Assembly (NCBI GenBank): GCA_963835065.1
Contig: CAWIEK010000053.1
Coordinates: forward strand, 160,001 to 224,000
DNA from: an uncultured Chthonomonadaceae bacterium
GTDB taxonomy: Bacteria > Armatimonadota > Chthonomonadetes > Chthonomonadales > Chthonomonadaceae
Direction of reading: 5' to 3'
DNA length: 64,000 bases
A model generated the notes under the pieces. The model was not told where the DNA came from. It did no database searches and saw only the letters and a list, made by a program, of their open reading frames with translations. How positions within the stretch are numbered: the first letter of the stretch is position 1; each line of letters starts with the position of its first letter. Made by a program: the position numbers and the translations under genes. Shown here in pieces: positions 21,487 to 31,696 of this stretch.

Positions 21487-22161
21487 TTAAGGAGCTAGAG
21501 CCGTACATAACTCCTGAATACGAGTAGTATTGCCGCCAACTTCACGTTGAATAGCGGAAATCATATCTTCGGAAGACATACCTCTGTTCGGAATATTGCG
21601 AAGCCAATCAAGTCTATTGATGATACGAGTTTTCTCAGTTTCACCAAGTTCCTGCAACAAATATATGCAGGCATCCACGTGAAATTCATGATTTCTAGGT
21701 GCTGGGCTTTGTTGTATTTGAGCCAACAAATAAGATTTTAGATTCTCCGATAACCCTTGACCGCTCCCCCTAACATCGGCCTTATGAATTCGGACCAGCC
21801 AAGGCATACTTTTAACTTCAGGCCAGTTCCCATCAACGGGTACAGGAATGAAATTACGTCCCGCCCGCAAAGAGTGTGCTACTTCTCGTCTGCAATAATC
21901 ACTATTGAAGTATGAGTGAGTGGCAAGACAAATGAAATGGGTTGCTTGGCTCGCCGCAGGTAGAAACACATTCTCGAAAGAGACACCAGGAGGTATCTCA
22001 CTGTTATCAAGAAAAACTCGTTGCCCCACGGCACGTAAGGTGTCGTACAAGTCCTTTGTAAGTTGATCCGCTTCTCCATGACGATAGGAGAGGAATATGT
22101 CGTATGGTTCTGTTGCTTGATTGGGATTGAAAACAATGTTTTCCGAGGCGCGATCTGTCAT
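21487..22161 (-). CDS. TIR-domain protein (possibly fused to the upstream multi-TM region)
   Basis: YDIFLSYRH, VFLD, YFNSDYCRRE; AGGAG before ATG 22161, but frame is open upstream. Confidence 0.85.
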   Translation of the reverse strand: MTDRASENIVFNPNQATEPYDIFLSYRHGEADQLTKDLYDTLRAVGQRVFLDNSEIPPGVSFENVFLPAASQATHFICLATHSYFNSDYCRREVAHSLRAGRNFIPVPVDGNWPEVKSMPWLVRIHKADVRGSGQGLSENLKSYLLAQIQQSPAPRNHEFHVDACIYLLQELGETEKTRIINRLDWLRNIPNRGMSSEDMISAIQREVGGNTTRIQELCTALAP

Positions 22162-22998
22162 ACTATCTCCTTCAGGTACACGAGGCGAACCGATTATTAT
22201 ATCGTATAACCACACATAGACTTTAACAACAAACTCAATAATTGTCCAGAATTTCCAGGGTACAACCTTGTTATCTTGGGCAGGGCGGCAACGGAGGAAA
22301 TTTACGAAAAAGTACGTAAATATTAATTTCATAATCGAAAAACTCACACGCATCCAATCAGACATAGCATTATCAGTGCCAAAATGAACTCCTATAGTAT
22401 AATGAATAGAGTCTAAAAGTTCAAAACAAGAGTATGCAAGAAGTACAACTTTTAATGTCGCATTGACTACTTGGTGTTTGGCGTCGTTTGTTTGATAAAG
22501 TTGAACAAGACCTGCACCAGTTTTCCAGTAGCCAAAAACAGTCGTTATAAAGCCTGTCCACTCACATCAATATTCGCTGAACTTCTCGCCTGGAATCCAT
22601 TTCTCAGTTGATGCATTAGATATGCTACCAGCCAATGTAAGAATTGCAAGGAAAATGAACGCTCCAACATCAATTGGTGCGATGCTGTTCGCTAAGGTAC
22701 CACTTTGTTCTTCTTCCGCCTCACGGCTCAAAAGAACACCTATGTATATTAGTAAGTAACCTCCGAACGCAGGTATGAGTTCGGCAGATGCTGGTCTCTT
22801 AATCTGAAAAAGTATGGTGTCGTAATATACTACCAATAAGGCGTAATGGAGAGCAAAAAGAGCAAAAGCGGTGACAATCCTTGATTTTCTATTAGGTTTA
22901 GGTATTACAACCGCTCCCCACATAGTAAGGAGGACACATATAACGCAAGAAAGCCATCCGAAAGTGGTCGAATAATGAATTGCATTGCGGCTATCCAT
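22162..22998 (-). CDS. Multi-pass membrane protein, frameshift near 22567, reads in frame into TIR
   Basis: ORF 22567-22998 (about 4 TM) continues in another frame CEWTGFITTVFG...LKVVLLAYSCFELL...MSDWMRVSFSIMKLIFTYFF...; low GC. Confidence 0.6.
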
Positions 22999-23370
22999 TG
23001 TTTATATACCTTAGAAGCAGAATATGCATGAAGACATACTATTGCATTGCTAATGCTGTGCTTGTCAATCGGTCATTGCTATAGCGCGAAGCACTAGCTT
23101 CGACAATAAACAATCGGATATACTACAAAAAAATACCCAGATCGTAATGTATAACATAGATATTAAAGACATACATGGCAAAATCTGAACTATTGTCTTC
23201 AGCATAGCCTCCAGTAGTCTAAATTGTGTGTACATTGAGACGCAAGCTTACTGCGCAAAGCCTTCGTCGTCTTCATCAAGAAATTCCACGTACAACTGCC
23301 GGTTTCCTTCCCATTGCATAACGAAATTTGAAAAATTTTCAAAAACTTTATGGACGTATGCCTTTACGGT

Positions 23371-24903
23371 CTACAAGTAAGATGCTTCACTATGTTCGAA
23401 CAAACGTAACGAAACAAAGCCCGCTTCCTGCAGAGCCTCTACGGAAATCGGCAGTGACTCTAAAGCGCGAGGTTCCACTTTGATGGCCCCGGAACCGTAG
23501 GATTTGCCGACACACGCGAGATTGGCAAGCACGGAAGGGTGCTGCAGCAGACGCCATACGCGGCTGATGGTTTCCGGGTCGTCTTGGCGTGGATAGACGC
23601 ACAGGAAACTGGTGAGCGGGAGAACATTGGCCTCGTTGCGGATAAAGCGCACGTTGCGGCGGCCTAAATACGCGAACAGGAATGGAGGTACGCGCCGTTT
23701 TTCCATGCTGTACCAGGGCTTGCGCTGGCTGATGAGAGCGCGTTGCGGCAGTCCGCGTTTTTCGCCTTCCAGCAAATACGCCTGAACCGAAGCCGGAAAA
23801 TCCTCTAGCGGGCGGGCATCCGGCGCAAACAGCAGAGTGGGCCGGCCTTCCTGTTCCAGTTGTTCCCAATCGTCGGGCGTGAAAACTTCCATTGTCACAT
23901 CACGGGTACGCCCGACCGCAGGCCGCAGGAACGCTTCGGGTATCTGTAATTCTTGTGCCTGCGCGCGGGTCAGGAAAAAGAATTCGTTGTCTCCTGTCGC
24001 TATGCCGCGCATTACGGCGCAGAAGTCGCCTAAGCGGGGGCAGCTCTCGTTATGGATACGCGGTACGCGGGAAAAACCGGTTTGCAAGCCTTCCGTTAGA
24101 AGCCGTGAATGGACGGAAATATCGGCGCGAGTTTCCGGCGGCAGGCCGTCCACAATCCAGTTTCGCAGGGCATCCGTCCACGCTTCCTGCACCTGCACCC
24201 ACAGAAACATGGGACGCGGTTCCGCCTTGCGTATCAGGAAGACAAGCGCGTTTGTGTCCACGCCGGGAAATGGAGAGGCTTGGGGTTCAAATGTAATCAC
24301 CGCATCCAAGCAGTAGTTTGTGGTAATCCACTGCCACAACGGACTGGCCGATTTCCCCTCGCACACATCGGCAGGCAGAATGAACGCCAGCCGTCCGCCG
24401 TCACGCAGCAGCGTGAGCGCCCGCAGCAGAAAATACACATGCAGCCCGGCGCGTCCGTCAAGCGCTTTGCCGAGCATTTGTTGACACCATGTTTTCAGCG
24501 TTTGTTTCGCGTCGAGGGAAAGCCGATGATGCCGAATGTAGGGCGGATTGGCAACAATGGCATTATACGTGTCATGGGGTGGATCAAACACAAAATCCCG
24601 AACTTCCACGCCCGCAAGGTCATTCTTAATTTGTTCGTCGCCGCTAGTTTTCCGCAGAATATCGGCGTCCAGTTCCGTTCCCATCAGCCGCACTTCGCGT
24701 CCCAACCGTTGTGCTTCCTGTTTGCCTGCCCGAAAGAACGCGCCCTCCCCAACTGCCGGATCGAACAGATGCTCGCTTCCTACTGCAAGAACATAAGCAG
24801 TCATTGCTTCCGCAACCCAGGCGGGCGTCCAGAACTGCCCCTTTTGCCGCAATACCTCTCGCGCTTCTCCCGTACCCGGCAGTTTTTGATGGTATATCGT
24901 CAT
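23371..24903 (-). CDS. N6-adenine DNA methyltransferase, type II RM class
   Basis: GQFWTP, FDPAVGEGAF, ANPPY, RGIATG. Confidence 0.9.
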   Translation of the reverse strand: MTIYHQKLPGTGEAREVLRQKGQFWTPAWVAEAMTAYVLAVGSEHLFDPAVGEGAFFRAGKQEAQRLGREVRLMGTELDADILRKTSGDEQIKNDLAGVEVRDFVFDPPHDTYNAIVANPPYIRHHRLSLDAKQTLKTWCQQMLGKALDGRAGLHVYFLLRALTLLRDGGRLAFILPADVCEGKSASPLWQWITTNYCLDAVITFEPQASPFPGVDTNALVFLIRKAEPRPMFLWVQVQEAWTDALRNWIVDGLPPETRADISVHSRLLTEGLQTGFSRVPRIHNESCPRLGDFCAVMRGIATGDNEFFFLTRAQAQELQIPEAFLRPAVGRTRDVTMEVFTPDDWEQLEQEGRPTLLFAPDARPLEDFPASVQAYLLEGEKRGLPQRALISQRKPWYSMEKRRVPPFLFAYLGRRNVRFIRNEANVLPLTSFLCVYPRQDDPETISRVWRLLQHPSVLANLACVGKSYGSGAIKVEPRALESLPISVEALQEAGFVSLRLFEHSEASYL

Positions 24904-24989
24904 AAGCCGCGCGTTCCAAACTTACGCTCTTGTGCGCCAACGCTCAACGCTTTCCCTTCTGCAACTTTGCCGTTGTCGAACTGAAAATG

Positions 24990-25412
24990 TTAGCGAGTCC
25001 AGTCTTCCCACTTCAAACCAACAATGTTACGGAAATCGCGCTCGTTTTGCGTTATCAAGAGAGCGTCGTTTACCAAAGTGATCGCAGCAATTTTCAGGTC
25101 GGGAGAACTGATACGGCGGTGTTGTTTACGGAGTTCGTCGTAGCGCATAGCGGCTTCCGAATCAAATGGCAAGACAGAAAGGTTGCAGTAATTCTCTAAC
25201 TGTGCCAGCAAGCGAGCATACTGAATTACTTGCGGCGCGGTACTCTTTGTCGCTGCAATGGCTGCTGTCCACCCACGAATTTGTTCCTCATAGGAGATAA
25301 CGGTAACGTGAACATCGGACGCAGGAATGTTAGCGAGGCGAGTAAGAAGCCGCCCCGCTTCGGCATTACGCCGCTCCAAAATGCTGATAGGGTTCGTGTC
25401 AAGAATAACCAC
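24990..25412 (-). CDS. vapC: VapC (PIN) toxin
   Basis: ILDTN, SYEEQIRGW, DLKIAAI, LITQNERDF. Confidence 0.9.
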   Translation of the reverse strand: MVILDTNPISILERRNAEAGRLLTRLANIPASDVHVTVISYEEQIRGWTAAIAATKSTAPQVIQYARLLAQLENYCNLSVLPFDSEAAMRYDELRKQHRRISSPDLKIAAITLVNDALLITQNERDFRNIVGLKWEDWTR

Positions 25413-25640
25413 TCAGAGTGTTTCCTCCTCGGCTTCGCCAACCTGCGATTCGCGCCACTCGCGCCCCAGGCGCATCGCTTCTTCGTAAAACGGGTCGTCC
25501 GAGAAGGTGCCGACAATGGCCTGCCAACCACGCTTTTCCCGCGCTGGCGGTTGCGCAAAGCGCTCCTCAAACTGGTGTTGCAACGTATCGAAGCGAGTTT
25601 CCAATGTGTGTAGTCTATCTTCTAGTGTTTCGGCTGCCAT
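25413..25640 (-). CDS. Antitoxin partner of VapC
   Basis: Adjacent upstream of vapC; paralog of 49568-49786 (GTF...EEAxRLGRE). Confidence 0.8.
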   Translation of the reverse strand: MAAETLEDRLHTLETRFDTLQHQFEERFAQPPAREKRGWQAIVGTFSDDPFYEEAMRLGREWRESQVGEAEEETL

Positions 25641-25785
25641 GTGGATATTCTCCTCGGTTCGCGCGCAGTTCCCTATCTGCTATCGTGACTATCTGAAAAA
25701 CGGTCTTACAAGGTTTATTATACCCGGCGTCTGATGCAGAGAAGAAAACAATCATGAGCGGCCTGCGACGGCGGCATGTGGGGCG

Positions 25786-27000
25786 CTATTGAAGAAGCGC
25801 GTAGGTTTCGCGGGCGATCTGGCGCTCTTCGTCGGTGGGAACGACCCACACACGCCTGCCGTCTCCCGTTCCCATAGCGGCGGGTTCCGGGCCGTTGATG
25901 TCTAAGTTGCGGACTTCGTCTAACCCAAAACCCATGAATTCTAAACCGGCGCAGATGCGTTGCCGCGTTTTGAAGGCGTGAGAGCCGATTTTGTCCGTGA
26001 AAATCAATGCGTCTGCGCCACCCATTGCCGCCGCGTATGCCCCGATGGTTTTGCGGATGCGATACGCGAAGGCTTCCAAAGCCAATTTTGCGTTTGGGTC
26101 GCCTTCATCCGCCGCTTTTTCCAAATCCCGCACATCGCTGCTGCGCCCGTTCGACAGGCCGAGCAAGCCGCTTTTTTTGTTGAGCAGGGTCGCCACCTCG
26201 TCGGCGCTCATGTTCAGGGCTTGCAGCAGGTAGAGAACGAGGCCGGGGTCTATATCGCCTGACCGCGTACCCATAATCAAGCCTTCCATCGGCGTAAAGC
26301 CCATGCTGGTATCCACGCTTTTGCCGTCGTGGACCGCGCACACGCTGGCTCCGCCGCCTAAATGACACAAAATCAGCCGCGTACCCGCCGCCTCCCGTCC
26401 CCATGCAAGCAAGGCGCGTTCGGTCACGTAAGCATAGGAGATGCCGTGAAAACCGTAGCGGCGCAGGTGATGCTGCTGCGCGAGGTCGTAGGGCAGGGCG
26501 TAGTGCGCGGTGACGGGCGGCAGGTCGTGGTGAAAGGCCGTATCGAACACGGCGACGTTGGGGATGTTGGGCAGGGCGCGTATCGCCGCTTCGATGCCCG
26601 CAATGCTGCCGGGCGTGTGCAGGGGAGCCAGGTTCGTCAGATCACGCAACTGCTGCAAAACCGTTTCGTCCACACGAACGGGCTGAACGAAATTCGGCCC
26701 GCCGTGTACCACGCGATGCCCCACCGCGTCAATACGAACCGTCTTGCCGCCATTGTGTTCCGGCGTGACGAGCAGGCGCAATGCCTGTTCCGCGGCAGAC
26801 GCCACATCCGGCGCGTCAATGGGTTTGCTCTGCTTGTCCGGCCCGATGGTCAGCTGCAAATGCGTATCCGGTACCCCAACCCGCTCGATTTCGCCAACCG
26901 CCAGAACGTTTTCCGGTTCCGTCAGCGGGCGCGGCGTTTCCATCGCGTACAGGCAAAATTTCAGGCTGGAACTGCCCGCATTGAGTACAAGAATGTTCAT
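25786..27000 (-). CDS. ackA: Acetate/propionate kinase
   Basis: LVLNAGSSSLK, GHRVVHGG, VFDTAFH, YGFHG, TSMGFTPMEGL, TDEE. Confidence 0.92.
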   Translation of the reverse strand: MNILVLNAGSSSLKFCLYAMETPRPLTEPENVLAVGEIERVGVPDTHLQLTIGPDKQSKPIDAPDVASAAEQALRLLVTPEHNGGKTVRIDAVGHRVVHGGPNFVQPVRVDETVLQQLRDLTNLAPLHTPGSIAGIEAAIRALPNIPNVAVFDTAFHHDLPPVTAHYALPYDLAQQHHLRRYGFHGISYAYVTERALLAWGREAAGTRLILCHLGGGASVCAVHDGKSVDTSMGFTPMEGLIMGTRSGDIDPGLVLYLLQALNMSADEVATLLNKKSGLLGLSNGRSSDVRDLEKAADEGDPNAKLALEAFAYRIRKTIGAYAAAMGGADALIFTDKIGSHAFKTRQRICAGLEFMGFGLDEVRNLDINGPEPAAMGTGDGRRVWVVPTDEERQIARETYALLQ

Positions 27001-27071
27001 CTTACTCCATTTAGGGTGATGTCTATTAGCGGCGATAGACTGAACCCCTCTTACGCCGCTGTATACTGAGC

Positions 27072-27138
27072 AGTTGATAGTTGATAGTTCGTAGTTGATA
27101 GAGATGCAGAAACTACGAACTTGCAGCGTCTCTTCGCT
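27072..27138 (-). repeat. 67-bp dispersed repeat, copy upstream of ackA
   Basis: Reverse complement matches 41606-41672 at 60/67. Confidence 0.85.
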
Positions 27139-29657
27139 CAGCGTTTTAATCGTACAATCGTGTAGGAATACGGGGCAACAGTCAGGCCGAACTGCTGACC
27201 GGCAGTTTCCAGTGTGGAATGGAGGCTGCGAATCTGCTCCGGCGCGTCCGGCGCGTTGACGGCTTTGAGATCGCCGCTTAATGTCCATATATCGGCGCGC
27301 GGCTGGACGTGTTCAAAATTGGCGAGGGTAATGTTGGCGCGTTGGGACGCGCTGCCGATGTTGACGATGTGCAGCGCGAGGGTTTTGCCGTCCTCGCTGC
27401 GCGTCGCGGTCACGTCTATATCCCCGTTTGTGTTTCCGAGCGGATTTCCCTCGGCGCTTTCGATGCGGCTTTCCACGCAGAGCGGCTGGTAATTAGTTGC
27501 CGCCATCTGCTGCGCGTAAAACGGCGGCATCCCCCATACCTTGTCGGGCGTGAAGAAGATTTGGCCCTGATCCCAGCCGTTGTCGTTTTGCTGCCAGGGC
27601 TGCAGGCAGTTGGCGGGGCAGTCCATGAGGACGAAATCGCCGTGACGTTGCGTGACGTTGAGGATGTGGGCGTGTCCGAGCGCGCGCTGCAAATCGTGGC
27701 GTCCGCCGTTTTCTTCGAAAATGCAGGCTTTCAGTTTGGTTCCGGGCGACCATGCTTGAAACAACTGCTGCATCTGCGTCAACTGCCGGTCTACGTTCGC
27801 GCCCTCATGCAGATCATCCCCGCCTACGTGAACATCCCACAGCGCGGCCTTATCCCCCAATTCCTGCACAATTTGTCTGCAAAACGGCTCATCGGGACGC
27901 CACCAGGCCGCGATTACGAACTGAAGGTTTGGGTCGCGTTGGCGCATGGCCGGATACAGCAGTTTGAAGCGTTCGAGGTAGCGGGCGTACCAGGCTTTAT
28001 CGCCGTCAATGGCTTCCTCGTTGCCGATTTCGATGGCGCGGACGTTGTAGGGGCGCGGGTGTCCGTTTTGGGCGCGCACTTTCCCCCATCGGGACGTGGC
28101 CGGTCCGTTGAGATACTCCACCATATCTGATGCGTCTTCGGGCGTTTCGTCAATGTTGATGGCAAAGGCGGGTTCGATATGCGCGGCCTCGCAAAACTGT
28201 AGGAATTCTTCGATGCCGAACCCGTTTGTCGAATGGGGATTCCACCAGCCTTTCACCTGCATGCGCCTGTCGCGGGGACCAAGCATCCATTTCCAGCGGT
28301 ACGTAGGCGCGTTTACCATCGAGCCGCCGTAGCGCAGGAACGTCAAGCCTTGTTTGACCATTACGTTCGCTATGTCGGCGCGGATGGGCAGGCTATGAAA
28401 CAAATCAGCCCCGGTTGGCATGAGTTCTACGTAATCTATCCACAGCGTTCCCGGCTTGTCAATCCACAGGGCAAAACGGGCGCGCGGGTCGGAAGCGTCC
28501 GCGCGCAGGGTAAATTCATAGCGCGTCCAGGCCGAACTCGCCCCCTGCGAACTGCTGAACGGAAGTTCCTGCCGGGCATACGTATGCTTGCCGTCCGCGC
28601 TTTGCAGGGCAGCGGTGACGTGTCCCGTAAGGTTCTGCCGCCGCAGATAAACGTACCCCGTAAATAACTGCCCCTTGCGGACGGCAATGCCCCACCGGTT
28701 CAGGCCGGAATTGGCAACGCCGACAACGCCTTCCCCCTCGCCGCGCTCGATACGCTGCGAATAGCCGTTATTGTAGGCGAACTTGTGATCCCATGTATAA
28801 TGCGCGGGCGCGTTTCCCGTTTGCAGCTTGTCCCACATACCGCTGAGGGTGTCGCTATTGCTGTCTGCCGCCGCCTGCTGAAGCGTATCCGTCGTTTTGC
28901 CCTGCGCGGTTGCGATGCTGAGATTGCGAAAAGCGGCGTTGGTGTTCCAGGTGCGCAGGCCGACTTTTCCCGTTAAAATAGCCTCTGCGCCTTCCGTGTA
29001 TTCCAATTGCGGCTGTGGCGCGTTATCCAGCGTAATGCGCAGGGTGGCTCCACTCAGTTCCACGCGCAAATGATGCCATTTTTGGGGCTGAATGTCGGCG
29101 GGAACCACTTTGAGCAGATGCCAGTCGTCGCGGTGTCGGTGCAGGGCAAGATTGCGGTCACTGGCGCTCAGGCTGATCTCGTACCCCGTCCACGTATCCG
29201 CGCCGACACGGGGATTGCTGACGCGAACGAGCAGCGCGGCATTTCCGGCTTTGGCGTCCGCAAACTGCAAATCGCACTCCACAACCCCGTCCCGCATTTC
29301 CCCGTCACCGCGCACCAGTTTCGCGCCCGCGTCGGCATCCACGCGCAGGGCATTGTCCTGAACCTGCCACTGCCCGCCATACGCCGTCCAGTTTGCAAGC
29401 GGGCTGCGGGTAAGGGGCGGCTCCTCAAAACTTTCGCCAAAAATCAACTGCGCGTACAAGCCGCCATAAATCTCATGGTTCACGTCTTCAATGCAAGAAC
29501 CCGTCATCCAGGACGTAATATGGTTCGTCACCTTGTCGGCGTTGACATGTATATTTAAAGGTTTTGATGTCTGCCCAACCGTCCTATTCGCGCTGACCAG
29601 CAGCAGGAACATGACAAGAAGAACCCCTATTCTTGACGTACACCCTTCATCCTTCAT
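27138..29657 (-). CDS. GH51 alpha-L-arabinofuranosidase-like protein with inserted DUF1080-like domain (start uncertain)
   Basis: EDVNHEIYGGLYAQ, LRYGG, IEIGNEE, C-terminal APYSYT. Confidence 0.8.
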   Translation of the reverse strand: MKDEGCTSRIGVLLVMFLLLVSANRTVGQTSKPLNIHVNADKVTNHITSWMTGSCIEDVNHEIYGGLYAQLIFGESFEEPPLTRSPLANWTAYGGQWQVQDNALRVDADAGAKLVRGDGEMRDGVVECDLQFADAKAGNAALLVRVSNPRVGADTWTGYEISLSASDRNLALHRHRDDWHLLKVVPADIQPQKWHHLRVELSGATLRITLDNAPQPQLEYTEGAEAILTGKVGLRTWNTNAAFRNLSIATAQGKTTDTLQQAAADSNSDTLSGMWDKLQTGNAPAHYTWDHKFAYNNGYSQRIERGEGEGVVGVANSGLNRWGIAVRKGQLFTGYVYLRRQNLTGHVTAALQSADGKHTYARQELPFSSSQGASSAWTRYEFTLRADASDPRARFALWIDKPGTLWIDYVELMPTGADLFHSLPIRADIANVMVKQGLTFLRYGGSMVNAPTYRWKWMLGPRDRRMQVKGWWNPHSTNGFGIEEFLQFCEAAHIEPAFAINIDETPEDASDMVEYLNGPATSRWGKVRAQNGHPRPYNVRAIEIGNEEAIDGDKAWYARYLERFKLLYPAMRQRDPNLQFVIAAWWRPDEPFCRQIVQELGDKAALWDVHVGGDDLHEGANVDRQLTQMQQLFQAWSPGTKLKACIFEENGGRHDLQRALGHAHILNVTQRHGDFVLMDCPANCLQPWQQNDNGWDQGQIFFTPDKVWGMPPFYAQQMAATNYQPLCVESRIESAEGNPLGNTNGDIDVTATRSEDGKTLALHIVNIGSASQRANITLANFEHVQPRADIWTLSGDLKAVNAPDAPEQIRSLHSTLETAGQQFGLTVAPYSYTIVRLKR

Positions 29658-29676
29658 CCTTCATCCTTCCTCCTTT

Positions 29677-30486
29677 TCAGGAGTGCATCACCTGCCCGCC
29701 GTCCACGTTGAGCGTTTGCCCGGTGATGTTTTTGGCGTGGGGCGAAGCGAGATAAACCGCCATTGCCGCGATTTCCTGCGGTTCCTGCCATTGGCCGAGC
29801 GGCGCGACCTGCCGCACTTTGGCCGCTCCCCACGCTTCGTAATCCCGTTGGTTTTCGGGCGATTGCCGCGCGTTCCATGCCTGCCATACGGAACGGTTCA
29901 AAGCGGTCTGCACCATGCCGGGACAGATGACATTGACGCGGACGCCATAGGGAGCCAAATCTTTGGCGGCGCATTGCGCGAAGTTGATAACCCCGGCTTT
30001 GGCCGCGCTGTACGGTGGGTCGGTTTGCGAACCGATCTGTCCCGCAATAGAAGCGAGAAACAGCATTGTGCCGTTTCGGTTCTTTGCCATTTCGGGCGCA
30101 AACGCATGGGCGGCATGAACAACGCCAAGCAGGTTGATTTCCAGTACGCGCCCCCAATCCGCCGGTTCCAGATTCCAGAAGGGAAACCCGAACTTGCCGG
30201 AACCTCGTCCTGCCGCGTAAATCAGATGTTCGCACGTTCCAAGCGCGGATTGAATGGTTTGCGCGGCGCTTTGCACGGCGGCATAATCCGTCGCGTCCAC
30301 CTGCAAGCCGAGCGTTTGTACGCCGTATGCCGCTGCCGTTTCCGCCGCTGTTGTTTCCACCCCCGGCGCAATATCCAGCAAAGCCACATTCGCGCCCTCA
30401 GCCGCGAACGCTTCCGCGATTGCCCGGCCCATTCCCTGCGCCGCGCCGATAACAACGGCGGTCTGTCCTTCCAGTTGTAAGTTCAT
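29677..30486 (-). CDS. SDR family oxidoreductase
   Basis: GAAQGMG, YSAAK, NVDGG. Confidence 0.9.
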   Translation of the reverse strand: MNLQLEGQTAVVIGAAQGMGRAIAEAFAAEGANVALLDIAPGVETTAAETAAAYGVQTLGLQVDATDYAAVQSAAQTIQSALGTCEHLIYAAGRGSGKFGFPFWNLEPADWGRVLEINLLGVVHAAHAFAPEMAKNRNGTMLFLASIAGQIGSQTDPPYSAAKAGVINFAQCAAKDLAPYGVRVNVICPGMVQTALNRSVWQAWNARQSPENQRDYEAWGAAKVRQVAPLGQWQEPQEIAAMAVYLASPHAKNITGQTLNVDGGQVMHS

Positions 30487-30507
30487 AATTGTGTTCAGTT
30501 ATAGTTA

Positions 30508-30659
30508 TTCACCACCAAGCCGCCAAGAACACCAAGAAGAAGAAAAGAAGAAAAGAAGAAGAGGAGAAAAGAGGCCGTTTATATTCGGCAAGCTGCATTA
30601 CAGTAAACCTCGTTGTTCTCTCTTGTCTTTCTTGGTGTTCTTGGCGGCTTGGTGGTGAA
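30508..30659. repeat. Element with 30-bp perfect inverted arms built from 9-mer units
   Basis: ttcaccaccaagccgccaagaacaccaaga / tcttggtgttcttggcggcttggtggtgaa. Confidence 0.85.
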
Positions 30660-30662
30660 AAA

Positions 30663-31406
30663 TTATTTTTGGTCATAGCCGGTCAGCGGGCGAACCCAGA
30701 TGTTGCGGAAGCGGACGAGGTCGCCGTGATCCTGCAGGCGGAGCGGGCCAATGGGCGGATGCGAACCTTTGGGCGCAAGATTGCGGTGCTGCGTAGGTCC
30801 TTGAAGCGGTGTGGCGTGGTGCAGGACAACGCCGTTGAGCAGCACGGTGACAACGCCGGGATGTTTCAACTCTTCGCCTTCAAAGCGGGGCGCGCTCCAC
30901 AGAATGTCATACGTCTGCCATTCGCCGGGCTTGCGGCAGGCGTTGACAAGGGGCGGATACTGCCCGTACAGCGCGCCCGTCGTGCCGTCCGCATACGTGG
31001 GGTTGTCATAGCAGTCCAAAACCTGAATTTCGTAGAGTCCCATCAGGAACACGCCGCTGTTGCCCCGCCCCTGACTGTCACCCTTGACGACGGACGGCGC
31101 GGCCCATTCCAGATGCAGTTGGCAATCGCCGAACTCCTGCGCGGTTTGTATGTCTCCGGTTCCGGGTACGACTTCCATAGAGCCATTTTCCACTTTCCAT
31201 GCTGCCGGCCCGCCTTTTACGGCGGTCCAGCCCGACAAATCGGTTCCACCAAACAAAACAACGGCATCGGACGGCGGCTGTCCGGGCGTTTCAGGCGTAC
31301 TTGCGGTTCCCGGCTGAATGATGCGCGGCTGCGGGCGCGTACTATCGTGTACCCTGTACGGCATTCCGGGGATCATGGGCGTATCATCGTATCCAAGAGT
31401 AGGCAT
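30663..31406 (-). CDS. DUF1080 (3-keto-disaccharide hydrolase-like) protein
   Basis: LFGGTDLSGW, GNSGVF, YEIQVLD, LQDHG, FRNIW. Confidence 0.85.
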   Translation of the reverse strand: MPTLGYDDTPMIPGMPYRVHDSTRPQPRIIQPGTASTPETPGQPPSDAVVLFGGTDLSGWTAVKGGPAAWKVENGSMEVVPGTGDIQTAQEFGDCQLHLEWAAPSVVKGDSQGRGNSGVFLMGLYEIQVLDCYDNPTYADGTTGALYGQYPPLVNACRKPGEWQTYDILWSAPRFEGEELKHPGVVTVLLNGVVLHHATPLQGPTQHRNLAPKGSHPPIGPLRLQDHGDLVRFRNIWVRPLTGYDQK

Positions 31407-31696
31407 GGTCAAGGCTCCTTTTAGTACATTGGGGTTGGGTATTCGGTGTTCGGTATTCGGTGTTTGGTGCTTATTTCGCATGGAACGCGAAAATGCCTGC
31501 TTCTGAAAATACTTTTTCCGAGGTTGGCAGTAAAAGAGAGAGAAGGAACTGGCGGAATCGTGGTGAATATCTACCTGCCGGATGTGTTCGCTCTCGACAT
31601 TCACCCGGTTAATGGCATTGCGCGTCGCCGCAACGCAACAGGCTTATGAAGAATGAGGCGACTGGCAGTGTCCGCGCCTATCGAAAGTAAAACACT

